NCBI RefSeq assembly: GCF_964355755.1
Contig: NC_092677.1
Coordinates: forward strand, 23,237,175 to 23,301,174
DNA: 64,000 bases
Source: Antedon mediterranea
Taxonomy: Eukaryota; Animalia; Echinodermata
Direction of reading: 5' to 3'
Shown: in pieces, positions 11,508 through 26,500 of the stretch
Layout: each line of letters opens with the position of its first letter
Numbering within the stretch: position 1 is the stretch's first letter
Notes under the pieces: model-generated
Seen by the model: only the letters and a program-made list of their open reading frames with translations
The model's database searches: none
Told to the model about the DNA's origin: nothing
Program-made: the position numbers and the translations under genes

Positions 11508-14500
11508 CTGAAAAATATTAAAATTGAATAGTCTTTGAGTCTTTCAAATGACATTATTAATTTAATTTCATTCAACTAATAAACTTGTATTATTTGTATA
11601 ATAATGTATAACAGGATACAGTATCTCATTAAATTTAGCCTCTGCTTGATGACAATAATAAATACATTTACTAAAATAGGATAGCTTTTATAATGTGCAG
11701 AAAATGTGTATACCTGAAATGTTGATTTCTGTATTTTCGTACATAGTTTCTGCATTTGATATGTTACTGCTAGATTTCTGTGCCTGTTCAAATACTATCA
11801 CCTGTTCTGTAGCCTGTTCTGTAGCCTGTTCTGTAGACTGCTTGGCAGCCTGTTCTGTAGACTGCTTGGCAGCCTGTCCCGTAGACTGCTCTGCAGCCTG
11901 TTCTGTAGAATCCTTTGCGATCTGTTTTGAAAACAGCTCTGTAGAATGTGCTGTAGAAAAATGTGTTATCCGTGATTCAAACATTTGAGCAGTCTGGTCT
12001 TTAGATACTGCACCAAAACAGTTATTAGGGACAAGTTTTGCTTGTTCATTAAACAAAAACATAGCCTGGTCCTTATACATTAGCGTTTTCTCATCTAGTT
12101 TTATTTGATCCTTAGCAACAAGTGTTCTTAATGTGACACATGGTTTGCGTCTTGGAGAATCTGCAAAACAAAATAAAGATATTTATTAGCGAGATATATT
12201 ACAAAGAGAATAAATTTTAGGTGATATATCATCTAAAATAAATGTTGATTCGGTATATTTTGCTAATGATGGTCAGTATTTTGACTGCATACAGTGGCGT
12301 AACACCTATGAGCGCTCACTGGCTAAACCCAGGGGCCTTGGAGCTTATGGGAGCCCATGAGCAGAGGAAAAAACAGGCATTAAAATACTGTATGGCAAAA
12401 AGGCTAAAAATGCCTGAGGCCTTCAGCGTTGGAACTTGGAGGGCCACTTGGGTTTCCTAAACCAGGGGTCAGGCCTCTGTGTTACGCCACTGACATATTT
12501 TGAATATGTGAAGAAATCAGTCATTATGTCGATGAACTGCTGTGATGAGGAAGACAGAATAATAACAATACATAAATTATTATTATTATAGAAAAAAACT
12601 TGCTGAGCATATTATTGAAAGCCGGTTTATACTAAATTTATTTTGGTCATATATTTGAAAGAACTGACAATATAATGGGTTGTGCACAATCATAAGTAGA
12701 AGGCACCATATATTTATTGGTCAACCATCGCTCAAGTTTAGGGCTCTTCTCAATGACTTAAAACTGGAGGTTTAGTGTACACACCTAGCCCTTTTAAAAA
12801 CATAGTGCATCTGTTGGAGAGGGTTACCTCAATTGACTGTGGACAGACAAATAAGCACCTTTTAATGGAAGCTGTACAATGCAAAGTATGGTCCAAGACA
12901 CAGGCTATTCCAATCCTATAGTCACCCTGTGGTAAAGTAGGCATAACTAGACAAAATAACCTCCCTGGCTACAGGATGTATACTCACAAATCTATATTAC
13001 TGTATTTAAAAGTTAACATTGTATGAACCAGAATCACTATATGCCTTCAACTTTTAAACATATTTCCCAAGTAACGACCATGGTAACAATAAATCATTGA
13101 ACTACTAAATTGAATAATTCATGAAGATTTTATCATTTCCGATATGAGAATGAATACAGGTTGAGTAATAAAGAAATGAGGACAGGTACTTACAATTATT
13201 TCAAACCTGTGATATATGACAAGGCTTTAATGGTACTTTAACTTGAGCTGGCAATGCAATTTTACCACTCAATTTCCTACACATTTGAATGTCATGGTGG
13301 ATCACAGTATAGAAAATTCAATCACCAATAAACTAGGGTGCTGAGTAACCTTAGTTTCTGAAACATTTCACTGGGCAATAATTTAAAACCAGACAGGTAA
13401 ATTTACGATTAAATTGTCAATAATGGTGTAACTTATCAAATGTGGCAAATCACGCTACCTACATTGGCTCAGTCTGCTTCTATCTACATAGTCTGGATTC
13501 ATTATTACGTTCCTTAAAATCATATAGATCTTTTTAATGTGCATTAACTCACTCTTAAATATTTCCATACGGGAAAGGTATATTTTTTGTTGGCTTGGTA
13601 GCACAAGTGTTGGAAAATATGTGGAGGTGTAGCATTTATTGGGTATATTTCAAAGGATTTGTTAGCACAAGCGTGGGAAATGAAGGGGTGAAATTATTAG
13701 TTTAAGTCAGTCCCTGGCCTGCCAAGTTTCAAAATTTCATGATTTATCGCAAAATTTCAGCAGGGATTTTAGCTATACTGGATGCTAAGCCCCCAGGTGT
13801 ATATCTTTAAATTAAATGTACTGCTGCATTAGTTTTCTATGCAATGAATGAATGTGTACATTTCTGTGAGCTAATTTATTTAAATAAGTGTAAATACAGT
13901 AAAGTTTGTATCTATCTGGATATTAGTATGCAAGTCAAGTACAGTGGAGTAAAAGCATTCTCATAAAAAAGTAGATACGAATATTCAGATCTGTCTCAAA
14001 GTGAACTTATTCTGAAACTTAAGACATGGAGAATACACCAAACTAATAAGGCCTTATTACAATTCGATTAAGCATCACGTCCTGATCGGTTCAGAATCGA
14101 TCTTTCTTCTCAAATGTAGCGCAGCTTGCAATACAATGCAGCACACGTGACTGCTTCAAGACTCCTCTAGTTACATTTGACATTTGCAAGATAATGATTG
14201 ATAGTGAGTTTAGTGTAACACATATTCTGAAAGCTAAATCAACTGTCAGATAAAATGACGCAGTCAACATTTACTCTCTCCAATGTATCATTAAGGAGGA
14301 CACTACCTCTTCTACAACATACACCTGTCTAATGTTGGATTACTACAGACCTGACTATGTATGCATATAAGGAAACTAATTAATTGAAACACAATTTATT
14401 TACAAAATATAATTCTACTAATAATTAATACACTACGGTAATGATGATGTTGTTGAGAAGAAATGAAGGAACATGTTTGGCAATTTGAATGTTGTTGTAA

Positions 14501-17500
14501 TCTTTATACAATGTATTCTCATCTCAGAAGTTTTGTAGCCCTGACTGGTATTATTATTTTGCAACTTACGTAATAAATTGTAAAGTCTTTGATGGCAATA
14601 CCAAAATGTATGTACTGTAGATTCTCTGTAAAAATGTTTAGATAAATTTCTGCTAATTGAGATAACAAATATTGTTAAAAAAACACTTGTTTATGAATTT
14701 ACCTGTTTTAGTTTTGGTTTGTAGTTTATTTTTAAAATGTAGCGTTTGTGTTGTTGAATCAATGAATATGAAATAAGAAAACAACGAAATGGAATTTAGG
14801 TTTTAGGTAAATTTGTAAAGAAAAATTGATGACAAAAAAAACAATGACGTTCAGACAATGTAAGTTAATTTGACCAATCGCAATATTTGGTGGATAATTC
14901 TGTCTCTAGGAAGCCTTTCTCAAGTATAGATTTTGCTACAAAACTTGTTTTTTTCTTTTTTTTTCTATTTTTGAGATGAAAGAAATAAACATTAATTTGA
15001 ACACATTTGAACAGCAAATACAATTTGTGCTACTGTACTGAAAATGAAATACTTGTCAAATATGCAAAGTAAATAATATACAGAGTTGAATAGCATGGTC
15101 AACTTACTTTAACTTAATTAAGATAAAGCACTTTCTATCACATTAGTAATAACATCCAATATCAGGTATAGTTCACTGTGTAATAGTTCAAAATTATCTA
15201 TAATGGTGTTTTTTAATTTATAATAATCATCAGTGATACCCTAAAGCAAACTTATATTCTTACAATCTCCATTAAGAAATTCTTAATAGTAATGTGAGGT
15301 TTGTTGGTCATGTGATCCATTTGTTAGTTATCTTAAAGAAGTATTGTCCCTTTGACTAATTCCAAAAATATATTTAAAAAAAAGATTTTCGAAAAAAGTG
15401 GGTCATTTTGAAGTATCAGAATAGTTATTAACTTTCACCAAAAATTAGTTGAAAAACAAATTTTTTAACTGAAATACAGACGTTTTTTTGTTCAAAAAAT
15501 AACTTTGACTTCCAGTCAAAGTTTTCGATCAAAACATATCTCATAATGCAACGCGCTTGTTTGGCTACTCTGTATGCATAATCATAAACTTCCTCGCGAT
15601 CTGTGTGAAAACACCTTCTCAACCGTGATCTATCTTTAATAGAAATTTAATTAAAAAGCTTGGATAATCTTTGAGTTGTAAACAATACTATTTAGCATCA
15701 TGCATAATGTATACTCGTCTGAAATCTTGGTTTACTTTCGCTCGCGACGATTTTTCAGACAAAATGTAATCAAATTAATTTACCTTTAAATTAATAAATA
15801 AATTAAATAACCTTTTATATGGGAGCTTGAAAATCACAATTTAACCGGTTATCACTGTGAAAGTTTTAGCTGTGACGTAACATAATGTCATCAATGACCA
15901 TCTATTGATTTAAATGGTTATTTGGGAGAAAAAATTTAGCTAATATACAGTTGAAAAATTATATATTAAAGTAAAAAACTGGTAAAAATGGTTAATTCGG
16001 CGCTTGCAGCAGAAAAGGCCCTCGCATCATCAATAAATTAGAAAACATTCAGCATGGATGTTTTGTACTATTAGATTGATTGCATGATATATTGTTTATC
16101 AGCATGTGCCAAGACTGATTTACAAGTTTAACTGTTGTGGATTTAAAAATTTAAGTTACTGACAATTTACAGGTAAAACTCCTGAACGAGAAGGAATGTT
16201 ACTACTATTGTTAATCTGCGAATTCCTTAAGAATTGAATGAGTCATAAGAATTTGTGTCGTAAAACTTTATGTATGATGGTTACTGTCCAACATCCAAAA
16301 TGAAATATGCAATCATATTGAAACATTGACGTAAAATGAATCCACAAGAGTAGGTAGTCAATAGGCTCAAGAAATACAGAGTATCTCATCATTTTAATCT
16401 AGGCCAAAATGTTTGAATGTATGATGACTCACTGTAAAAATAATAAGTTTACATACTTTCATGACATATTTATAGATAGGGTCGTTGAATAATTACCTTT
16501 CAAATTAACAATTGTTATCTAAGTCAATTAGTCTAAATTGCTTAGTGATTCATAGCAAGATATTTTTTGTATTGCCCAGTTTAATGGTCAGTTTTAATAA
16601 TGAAGGTTCGAGTTGTGGCGAGGTTATAAATCGAGTTTAACTTAATTCTCTGTCGAATTACAGACCTACCCAGTACATATTTTTTGTATCTATTATAATT
16701 TATGATATCAACATTTTGCACACATATGCTCTAGCCACTTCTTCATTATTACCCAAATGCCTCAGCTAAAGGTATGATTTTAATGAATTTTTAAAAGAAT
16801 TGACTCTATGAAATTCTATATAAAAAATATGATGTCCAAATGAGTGATTAGTTGAAAAACTACACACACATTTACAGAAAGTAAAATAATGATAAGTCAC
16901 TTAAAGCAGAAATGGTTCCGGAAGACTGCTATTTAAAAATGTTAGGTTCGATCATTTTATGTTTTTCATTATTACCCAAATGCCTCAACTAAAGGTATGA
17001 TTTTAATGAATTTTTAAAAGAATTGACTGTTTGAAATTCTATATAAAAAATCTGAAAAGGATATGAAAAAGATAACATGCATAGCATAGTTATTTTATAA
17101 TCATTTTATTTGTTTATGCTTGATATAATTATTAAAGATATAAACAGATTCTTGTTTAAAACTACACATAAACACATTTTGAAAATGCTACTTTTTCTAT
17201 CTAGTCCACAATATTTCTAATCTACACTTATTGAGATGCTTTTAGAGTATCTTATATCAAATAGTCCTAGTAAGTATAGTTTAAAAACCATGAATAAAAT
17301 GGTAATATAAACTATAATTTGACAATTGCATAACATGTGTATTTATTAATGTTAAATTTGATACGTACATTTATTGTATGAATGACGAGTAAAGTGATGA
17401 TTAACGTTCAAGAGTCTCATGAAATAAAAGAGGCATAAAAACTGTTATAATCAGGCTCTAGGGACAACTTTTTTTTGGGTGAATAATATTACGATAGTGA

Positions 17501-20500
17501 AAAGTGTTTGAGGAAAAGAACTGTCATAATAACATAATACCATTTAGTTAAACTAAATTTTGTTATCTATTTTACCTTTATTTCAAATATTCAAATTTTT
17601 TTGGTAATTGATTTGATAATCATTAGTTGGTTGTGTAATGATATCAATATTATTCTGATAGAGTAGCAAATGCTTACGCTATTCCGAGCCATTCTGAGGT
17701 GAAGTTAAATTGTGACCAGGCAGCTAAAAATTGCTCAATGGAAAATGGACGAAAAATGGTTCATGGTTATCAAGACCAGAATCAATTGGGATATTTGAAA
17801 TCGTTTTTAAGATCATTTGTTTGTTTTTTCTGTTTTTTTATTGCAGAGCCATTTCTAAGGCAACAATTCTAAATGCATTTTCCTGCTCAATAGAAATTGT
17901 TCCAATTTTGAAGGAAAGCTATGGACTAAGAAATGGTAAAAATAATACTATTATAATAAGATTTTTATTTTAATCGGAAATGATTTGGGTATAAATGTAT
18001 CAGTTTTTAGGTTTTTTCAATAAGCTTGAGCTTTAATAAAATTAATCTTTGAGAGCCTGACGTTTTTATGGTAAATGAGAGAAGTTCTTACTTAATGGAA
18101 TATGAAAGCTGGATGAATGTCGTCTGGAACTTTGCGTCATGTCCATTGTCTGTTCCACTGCTTCCGCCTGCCGTACATTCTCGTCAAGAAAATCAGGCAT
18201 CACAGATTTTTCAGATGAAACATTTGAATGAATCTGTAACAAACAACATTTAATATTTTAGTGCATATCAACTCTTGGCAGACAAGTATGGTTTCCAAAG
18301 GAGAATGAAATAAAGAGGTTGGAATCCTGTTGGCAAGTCAAAGCCATTACACAATCGAAAAAAAGAATCTTAACAAACACCTTAGTAGGCCATTTATTGC
18401 TGAATAGGTTTTCAACTCCAGCTCTATGATGTAGTAGAGGAGGATCCCATGTATGCATGTATATATATATTTATTTTTTATATCTTTGGTAATTTTGTAT
18501 TTTTATAGTTTATTTTGTATTTTCTCTTGTATTGTTTGAGGGTCGCTAATGATCAGCTGATGCTGGATGGACCACCCTCATTAAATATTGTTCAAATGAA
18601 AATAAAATAAAAATAAAATGAATATGCAAATACAATAGAATAAAGGGTTAGTGGCAGGTAAAAAAATACACTGTCCCTGTTAGTTTCACACATCACAGGA
18701 AAGTGTTCTCTTAATAGAGCTGTCTTCTGAATTGTGGTACCTCAAAGGAGGGGATCTAACGTATTTAAGTATGTACTTTAAGATAACACTACAATTAAAC
18801 TAAATTGACAATAATTATTCATAAAAGCAAACCAGGCAAAATATTCATAAAGTTTATCTGAAGACGTTGGATAGATAGATAATCCAATTTAATGTATTTA
18901 ATTAATTTATTTTATATAGAAATCTATTATGTACAACATGAGACATAAAGGTATGTTTAATCATTATAATAAATGAACAGTATCAACATAAATAATTATA
19001 TTTTTAGTCAAAGAAAGTGAATGTGTGTCAACAGCGAAGGTTATATGATTACATGGTTGAGTAAATTGGGAAAAACTTGTGTTTTAGTATAAGTGGCAAT
19101 AGTAACAGTCTTAATAGCTAAAGTAGTTCTACGAAAGTCAGTAGGCATTAAACTAAGTAGAGCAGCCATGTGGCTCAGGTGATTCAAATAATCATTATCC
19201 AATCAAAGGTCAAGAAATGGCAGCCATGACGCTATCTTTAAAAGAAAATAGCCATTGCTAATAGTACTGTAGGCCTAGAACAGAAATTGACAAACGCTGT
19301 TTATCAAACAAACAAGCAAAACAGATTTAGCAATATCTTTCTATACTTTAAAATAGTAAAAAACCAAAGTTTGTAATTGTTTTTCTTACATCTTTTAGGC
19401 TACCATTCTTTTGGTGTGATATAGCCAATGCCATTGATAATCTGTGCACCCTCTGGTATATCTCGTGACCATGCGTCGTAACAAATGTGAATAAACCTTC
19501 TCCTGTGTGACAGTTTCTAAAAATAGATAAATACTGAATATATAAGTATATAACATGGTGGTTAAACATGGGAAAGTGCGAAAGTAATAAAACAATATGT
19601 ATAGTTTAGTCTAGTTTCCCCATTACCTAGGGGATTGTAGGGGTGTAGCAGATGTAGCTTGTGTTTTTCAAATTTTGAAGATCCAATATCATTAAAAAAA
19701 ATAAAATAAACATAAATTAGTGGATAAAATATAATTGTTTATATGAATAAAATGGGTGATTTGATCTCTGTTGAGTGCGAATTCATTTTAGAACTAGTTG
19801 AGGGTGTCAAATAGTCCAATTTGATTCCATACAAGCATGTATGGTGTAATGGTCAAGCAGAAGATTCCAGGTTCAAATCTTGGATGGGGTGGCTTTTTCT
19901 CATTACAATTTCCTCACTTTCATACAGTAGTTGAAAATTAGCTGGCGAGTTTGGAATTTCTTTTATATCTGTCATAATTCATATGATAACAATATTATAA
20001 TAAGACATTTATTATGTCAACAGTATATATTCATACCTGCTGGATTCAAGTAGGAACCTTTGGTTATCTTTGCCATATCTTCGTAATGAGTACAGTGGCC
20101 ATGTGACTAGCTTTAATTTAGGATTAATGACATCCCACAAGTTGACGCTATCCTCCGTTACCTGCAAAGTGCATTCTCCTGAAACCGACAGGTGAGATGA
20201 CGGTTGCAAAAACACATGAAAGCGCTCTGTAATAAAAATAGAAAATATAAATTGTCATTATAAGATATTGAACCCATTAACTACGACATAAAATAATGTA
20301 ATAAACAGCTAAATGGGTTTTAGATACATTAATACGGAGGTACTTTTGAAAGCATTACTAAGATAGTTTTTAACAGTTAATGTGCGCCGAAGGATACGTA
20401 GACAGTTGACATTTGCAAAAACAGAAAGAAAAAAAACATGATCATTTTGAAATGTAACGTTATCTCAGTGATAGACAAGCACATTTTGTGCAAATACTTA

Positions 20501-23500
20501 AAAAATTAAGATGACATGACTTTTTAAATTTATCATCTGTGACAGCAGAGATTGAAAAGGGAGAACTACGCGCCACTTAGACTACTACGCAATTTGAATT
20601 GTAAACTATAAAAAAATATATGACAGAGAACATGTAACTTAAGATAAAAATCTAAATAAACGAGAGAAAAAATCATGATAAAACGTTTCAAGCTTTATTT
20701 CAACATCATCACGAATGATAACAATCTTTAGTTACTTACTATAATGAATGCATCAATTGCTTACTTTTTTTGGAGAGAACTTGTTGAGGAGTAAGATAAA
20801 CTTACCATTTTTTTCACGTTGTAATCCTGATAAGAGAATGTCTGGTTCTCCTGCCAGTATTCCACAGTTCTCTGGACAAACCTCCATTGCGAAAGTCTTA
20901 CACCAACTATCAGCTTCTACATCTGTACAAAATAACAAAATCACCCATAAACATTATGCTAATTAAAGTAACAGAGACAGCGTCGTTCAAAGACCAAATA
21001 ATGATAATGATTATGAACAGGCTTGAATCACGTAATTCCTATAATGAAAACACAACAAAATGCCTAATTTGTAAATGCCAGCAGCGGTGCATTAAAGGTG
21101 CTGTTAATCTTATAAAACCATGCTTCAGGAAAATTTATTTGAATAAAAAAACATTTTTTAAAGAAATTTAAATGGATATAAATCATCTTTTATTAAACTA
21201 TTTTTACAAAAGTCACTGTCAGAAACCAACAACATGGTCTGTCAGGGAGATTGTTTTAGCTGATTTTGATAAAAATTATAAAGAGTTTAAATTTGTTTAC
21301 AGTATTTTTTTCCAACTTCAATCTAATGTCGCTAAAGGCTTTTTAGAAGAAGCATATTTGATTTTTTTTAAAGTAAATTCAAGGCAGACGATGATAAAAC
21401 ACTTGGAGGTATTTTGGTTTAATACATCTTTATAGAACATTCGTACAAACTAATGTTTTTCCTACTTTCACACTAAATAATGTTTTTGCTTCATCAGAAA
21501 AACTGCCACAAGAAATCAAAATGATTAGAAACAAATGTATACAAATGTTATAATTAACAATGTGTAGAGGCAAACTGAAGAAAATTGACAAAGTCTATCA
21601 AAGAATAATGAAAAAAAAAAGTGTACATTACTCAAAACTCTTCTTTTCTTGAAATATTTGGCATTACTGTATATTGCAAATTTATAGGTAAAAACCTTGA
21701 TCAAATAAAATCAGACTTTAAATATGCTATTTTGTAGTTTTAATAAAGTTAATCACTTTCGTAGAAAAAAAAAATGAAAAAAAAATTATGTTTTCATTTA
21801 TAAAATGCCAACATAAATGGTTAAATTCAACCAAAAACCCATTGGCTGGTAGCCAATTTGACCATTTTTTTGCTTTAAATTACAGTTTTTCAGTTTCTTT
21901 CCATCCAATTTTTGGTCAAAGTGGATAACTATTATGTTACATTAAAATGGCATATTCAACAAAAAATGTGTTAAAATTATTTTTTCAGGGGGACAATACA
22001 TCTTTAAACAAGTCTTTGGGAGTTGTGTCTTGAGAAAAACATCTTGACATCTGACAGGATTTTAATCCAGGATCGCCGGCATCAAAACCACTATAAGCTA
22101 CAACCCAAATCAATTTAATTGTCTAATCATATCTATTTATTACTTAATATATAAATGAGACTTGTATAATGATTGAAAATAAACTGGAAAAATAAACTAT
22201 CGCGGATAAAGAATTTAGCACAGTATTTTCTATTAAGATTACTACACAAAATGATATAGTATAAAATGTATTAAAGTTTGATTAATGTGGTTTTTATTGC
22301 TGGACAATGTAACTAGTTTTCTTTCTCTTTGCATAGTTGGATTAAATCTCAGCATTCCAAATGATACTAAAACAAGAGTACTTCATAACTATTGAAAATA
22401 CAGTATTACAATTCAAAGGAAAAAAATGTAAGATTTTATAGGACGGTGGACGGTGACATCATTAGCCATGCGGCAGATAACAGTGCTATCAAGTATCATT
22501 GCTCATACGTCTCCAATCACAATTTGCCATTCCACGACTGGCCAATTCATTACTTAATGCATTCATTCATTATAGGCCTAGTTTTTCTCTGTATTTTTAA
22601 GACGCATTTTAAAAGTCAGCGTATGACCCTGAAATCTGACTACTGAATGTTGTGAATTATCGTAGTAATGAATAGTGATAGGGATTCTGGTCATATTTGC
22701 GATCCACATGTAAACAATACGATAAAGATAACAGACTTCAAGCTTGATAATAATTTTAAATATGACAGGCGTATAAAATAACACGATTGCTATTATCTAG
22801 CCAATTAGTCAGCCAATCAATCAAATAAAACAGTGGTTTATCTAGGAGGAAAGTGGGGGATTGAGAGTGGGGGATGAAGAGTGGGGGATGAAGAGTGGGG
22901 GATGAAGAGTGGGGGATGAAGAGTGGGGGGATGAAGAGTGGGGGGATGGAGAGTGGGGGGATGAAGAGTGGGGGGATGAAGAGTGGGGGATGAAGAGTTA
23001 CTGTATATTTAATGTTAAGATGCAGTCTGCACCACCTGACTTTACAAAATCATTTGCATAGAAGAAATTGTTTTCCTTTTATATTTATCATCGAAAGAAA
23101 GTTACAGGACATTGAATTTCATATAAAACATTTTAGTTTCCTCGCTTGTTTTATGTTATATATTAACAGTGCCATATACTACAGTAATGGATTGTTAATA
23201 TTATCAAATTAATACTTTGTGAATTGTTTTTTTATACATACTATTGATAGTTGGTACAGTTTATAATTAAAGTTAAACGTCAAAAACTGTAAGAAAATAT
23301 CACCAACTTGTTTGATATAAAGATGCAAAATCAATTCTTGGTGAAAGGTTTGATTTTGTTGGGGTTTTTTGGGGATATGTGGGGAAGAGGGTTTGAAGTT
23401 TAAATTGAATATGATTTTATCAACATACAATGTGATTGCCCATGTGACATTGTTAATATAGGCTACAAAAAATGCCACAGTGATCAAGGAAATAAACATC

Positions 23501-26500
23501 AAAGAAAATGTCAAAAGTAATGAGTTACCTATACTTTAATGGCAAATCAAACATGCAGTATACATATACTATTCGCCTACATGTTTGCTACCTACTTCAA
23601 TACACAGAACATGTGACATATGATTTAAACAGCATAATTTACCATTTCCTGAAGTAGAAGGTATATTAGAGTAGCTGAATAGAGTACTGTAATAAAAATG
23701 TCATTAAATGTAATTAAGACACTAATAGCTAAAATGATAATGGATATGCTGTATAAAAACATGAAATGCACCTAATTTTTATTAGGTATTTTGTGTTTAA
23801 TGTAATAATCAATATCGTGAGTAGAAGCTTAAATAATAATGAAAGCTCTCACGCACTACAGTATGTGGAAATATTAAATATGAAAACAATATGAACCTGT
23901 GGAAATTAATTGCCTTTGAATAGAGTACCGTAAACAAATAAGGTAATAATCAAAATCGTGAAGACAAGATTAAATTATACAGGACACGAAAACTCCCACA
24001 CAATGTGAAAACAGTTTCAATGCAAAAAAATCTGAGCCGATATAAATTGCATTTGAATATTGAACAAATAACTAAGATAAAATTGAGAGAAGAATATTAC
24101 AATGAATATCAATGTGGATAATAAGAACATTTTTTGAAGTGGTACACAACTTTACATATGAAGCAAAAACCAGTGTCAGATCCAGGATTTTGAAATAAGG
24201 GGGAATGTGGGGCGGGGACATGTGGGGCGGGGACAGGGCCTAAATATGATAAAATGAAGTGCTGAACAGAATTAAATCCTATGTTTCGCATTATCATTTC
24301 CAAAATTTAGGAGTGCAAACAATGCCATAAAAACAAAAAGAAAATGAATGGATATAGAATGACTGTTAACATTTATATTAAACTCAATAATTTATCAATC
24401 ATTGTTACTAATGGGATTATGATCTAGCATCATAATTTCTACACATCATAAATTCTCTTGACTGTTTTGGATAATTATTATGGTGTGTCTTTGTCTATAG
24501 ACTGAGCATGAATCCAAACCTAATCATTTATATAGCCATCAATCCATCATCCTAATCTCTTCAGTGAACAACCAATGAGAATAAGCCTCATTAAACACGG
24601 CCATGGTCAAGGCCTACGAATTCTTGCAGAAACTGGCTAATGACGTTTGCTCATAATGTTTGATTTGTACACTGTCAAACCATATGCTGTATGATGAATG
24701 TGTACAGATGAACTGCCCTCAATGTTGGAAAGTATTTCTGTCCGAATTGTTCATTTTTACTGGATATAATGCCCTCAGGTAATTATTTTAACTCTCAGTA
24801 TAATAGTACTAATAATTGACTTCTTTTATTGTGATAACAAAATATCATATTAAACATTTATTTAACATTATTTTGAAAGCAATTTATTAAACTATTATTC
24901 TTAATGTTTGAAATAGTAGGTACAGCTTACAGAAAACAATTTTACTAACAAATCAATCATCGTTATTAATGTTTTCAGGTGAATATTGTCGATTAGTTCA
25001 TAAAAAGAGACAAGGAACATCTGTCAGGGGTAACAAAGACCCCAAGATGTTTACAAACAACGAGACATTTGATTAAAGAGTTTATGGGCAGGTGACATTT
25101 TTTCTAAAACTAGAATGTTCACAACATTGTCCAGGTTTACCTAAAAGCAGGTATCAATGTTTGATCGTGGTTTGATAATTTCTCGAAAATTTTTTTTCAA
25201 AGTAAATAAAATAAATAAAAATGAACACTTTTCTTATTTTAATTGTGGATCACCAATTCATAGTTGTATTAGAATTAAAGTTGTTCAAGGGAAGTAAGCG
25301 ACTGCTGGACTGGGAGGGAAATGTCAAGAGGCAGAGTCAGTTGTGTTTCAAAGAAATAGGTTATTAGTATTAGCATACTTCATATGTATTTTAATGATAT
25401 TCTTGTAATGCAAATAATTAATTTACAATAGGTCTAGTAACTAATCAAAGTGTGTTGACTGTTTAAAGAGTGGTCAGATTGATGTCTGACAGACTGACCA
25501 ACCGTCTGACAGCCTTGCAATTCCTGAATGATTTAGCTTGATCATATCAATAGTTTACATGATAATTTTAATATTTTGGACCTGTTGTATAACAAACCCA
25601 TCTAGTATAGTATAAATTAAAGTTGTGAAAAGGGGTTATTTGAATCAAGAAAAAGAGTTAGGTCCTGTTTTTGCAATTTAAAAAAATGATTAATAACTGC
25701 ATGAATAAATTACCCCCAATTTCTTGGCAGAGAAACAGCAAAATTGCATTGCGAAAATAATGGTTAAAAACATCAAAACGATCCCTCTGCAACTTTTAGC
25801 TTCAACCACAAATAATGTTGATTTTGTGACATAAGCAATTAGTTGTACAGTATATAATATTTTTTTACATAATGTGAACAATCTGTTAAACTTTCTAGAA
25901 CATTTTAAAAACATGATTATAGAGTTCACTCATTGACACTATGCAATACTGATTAATAGAAGATATTAGCTTTCTTTCTGCCTTAGGAAGCGGTCTAACA
26001 TTACTACCATAGCTATTAGCAATGGTAAATAATAGCTTTCATAAAGCAAGTCCAAGAGCCAATTGCTCTACATTTTGTGTTTAATAGAAAAATTTTCCTG
26101 CGGCATATTGATTTGTGTAATTGAGTGCATTTATATCTATCAACATGTTATATGTCTTGCTTTCATAAAAAATTCAAAATATTGATGTTTAGTCTAGAAT
26201 TGTATGCTTGTTTTACACAATCTTTGTAAGTGGATCAGGTAATTGACAATTTATATACAGTGATTTGAAAATGGATTTGAGAAACATATTCATTCATAAG
26301 CGAATAGAAAACGAGAAAGAATGTATTAAACAAAACTAGAGTTATTTGCATTTATTCCATCTAAAGTCTATCACACATAAATGAATATAATAAATTGGGT
26401 TTAATGTACTTATTCCGATGGAATGTAATTAGATTTAAGGGCTCCAGAGTATTATTATTATATAGGTTGAAAATGATGAAATCAGAATTAATTCTGAAGG

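Noticed and set aside
11695-11988. Cys-rich plus-strand ORF (ACSVDCLA repeats)
   Set aside because: Antisense shadow of the repeat-containing Dok exon 7.
19838-19890. tRNA-like A/B boxes (TGGTGTAATGG...GGTTCAAATC)
   Set aside because: Too short and degenerate; at most a SINE-head remnant.
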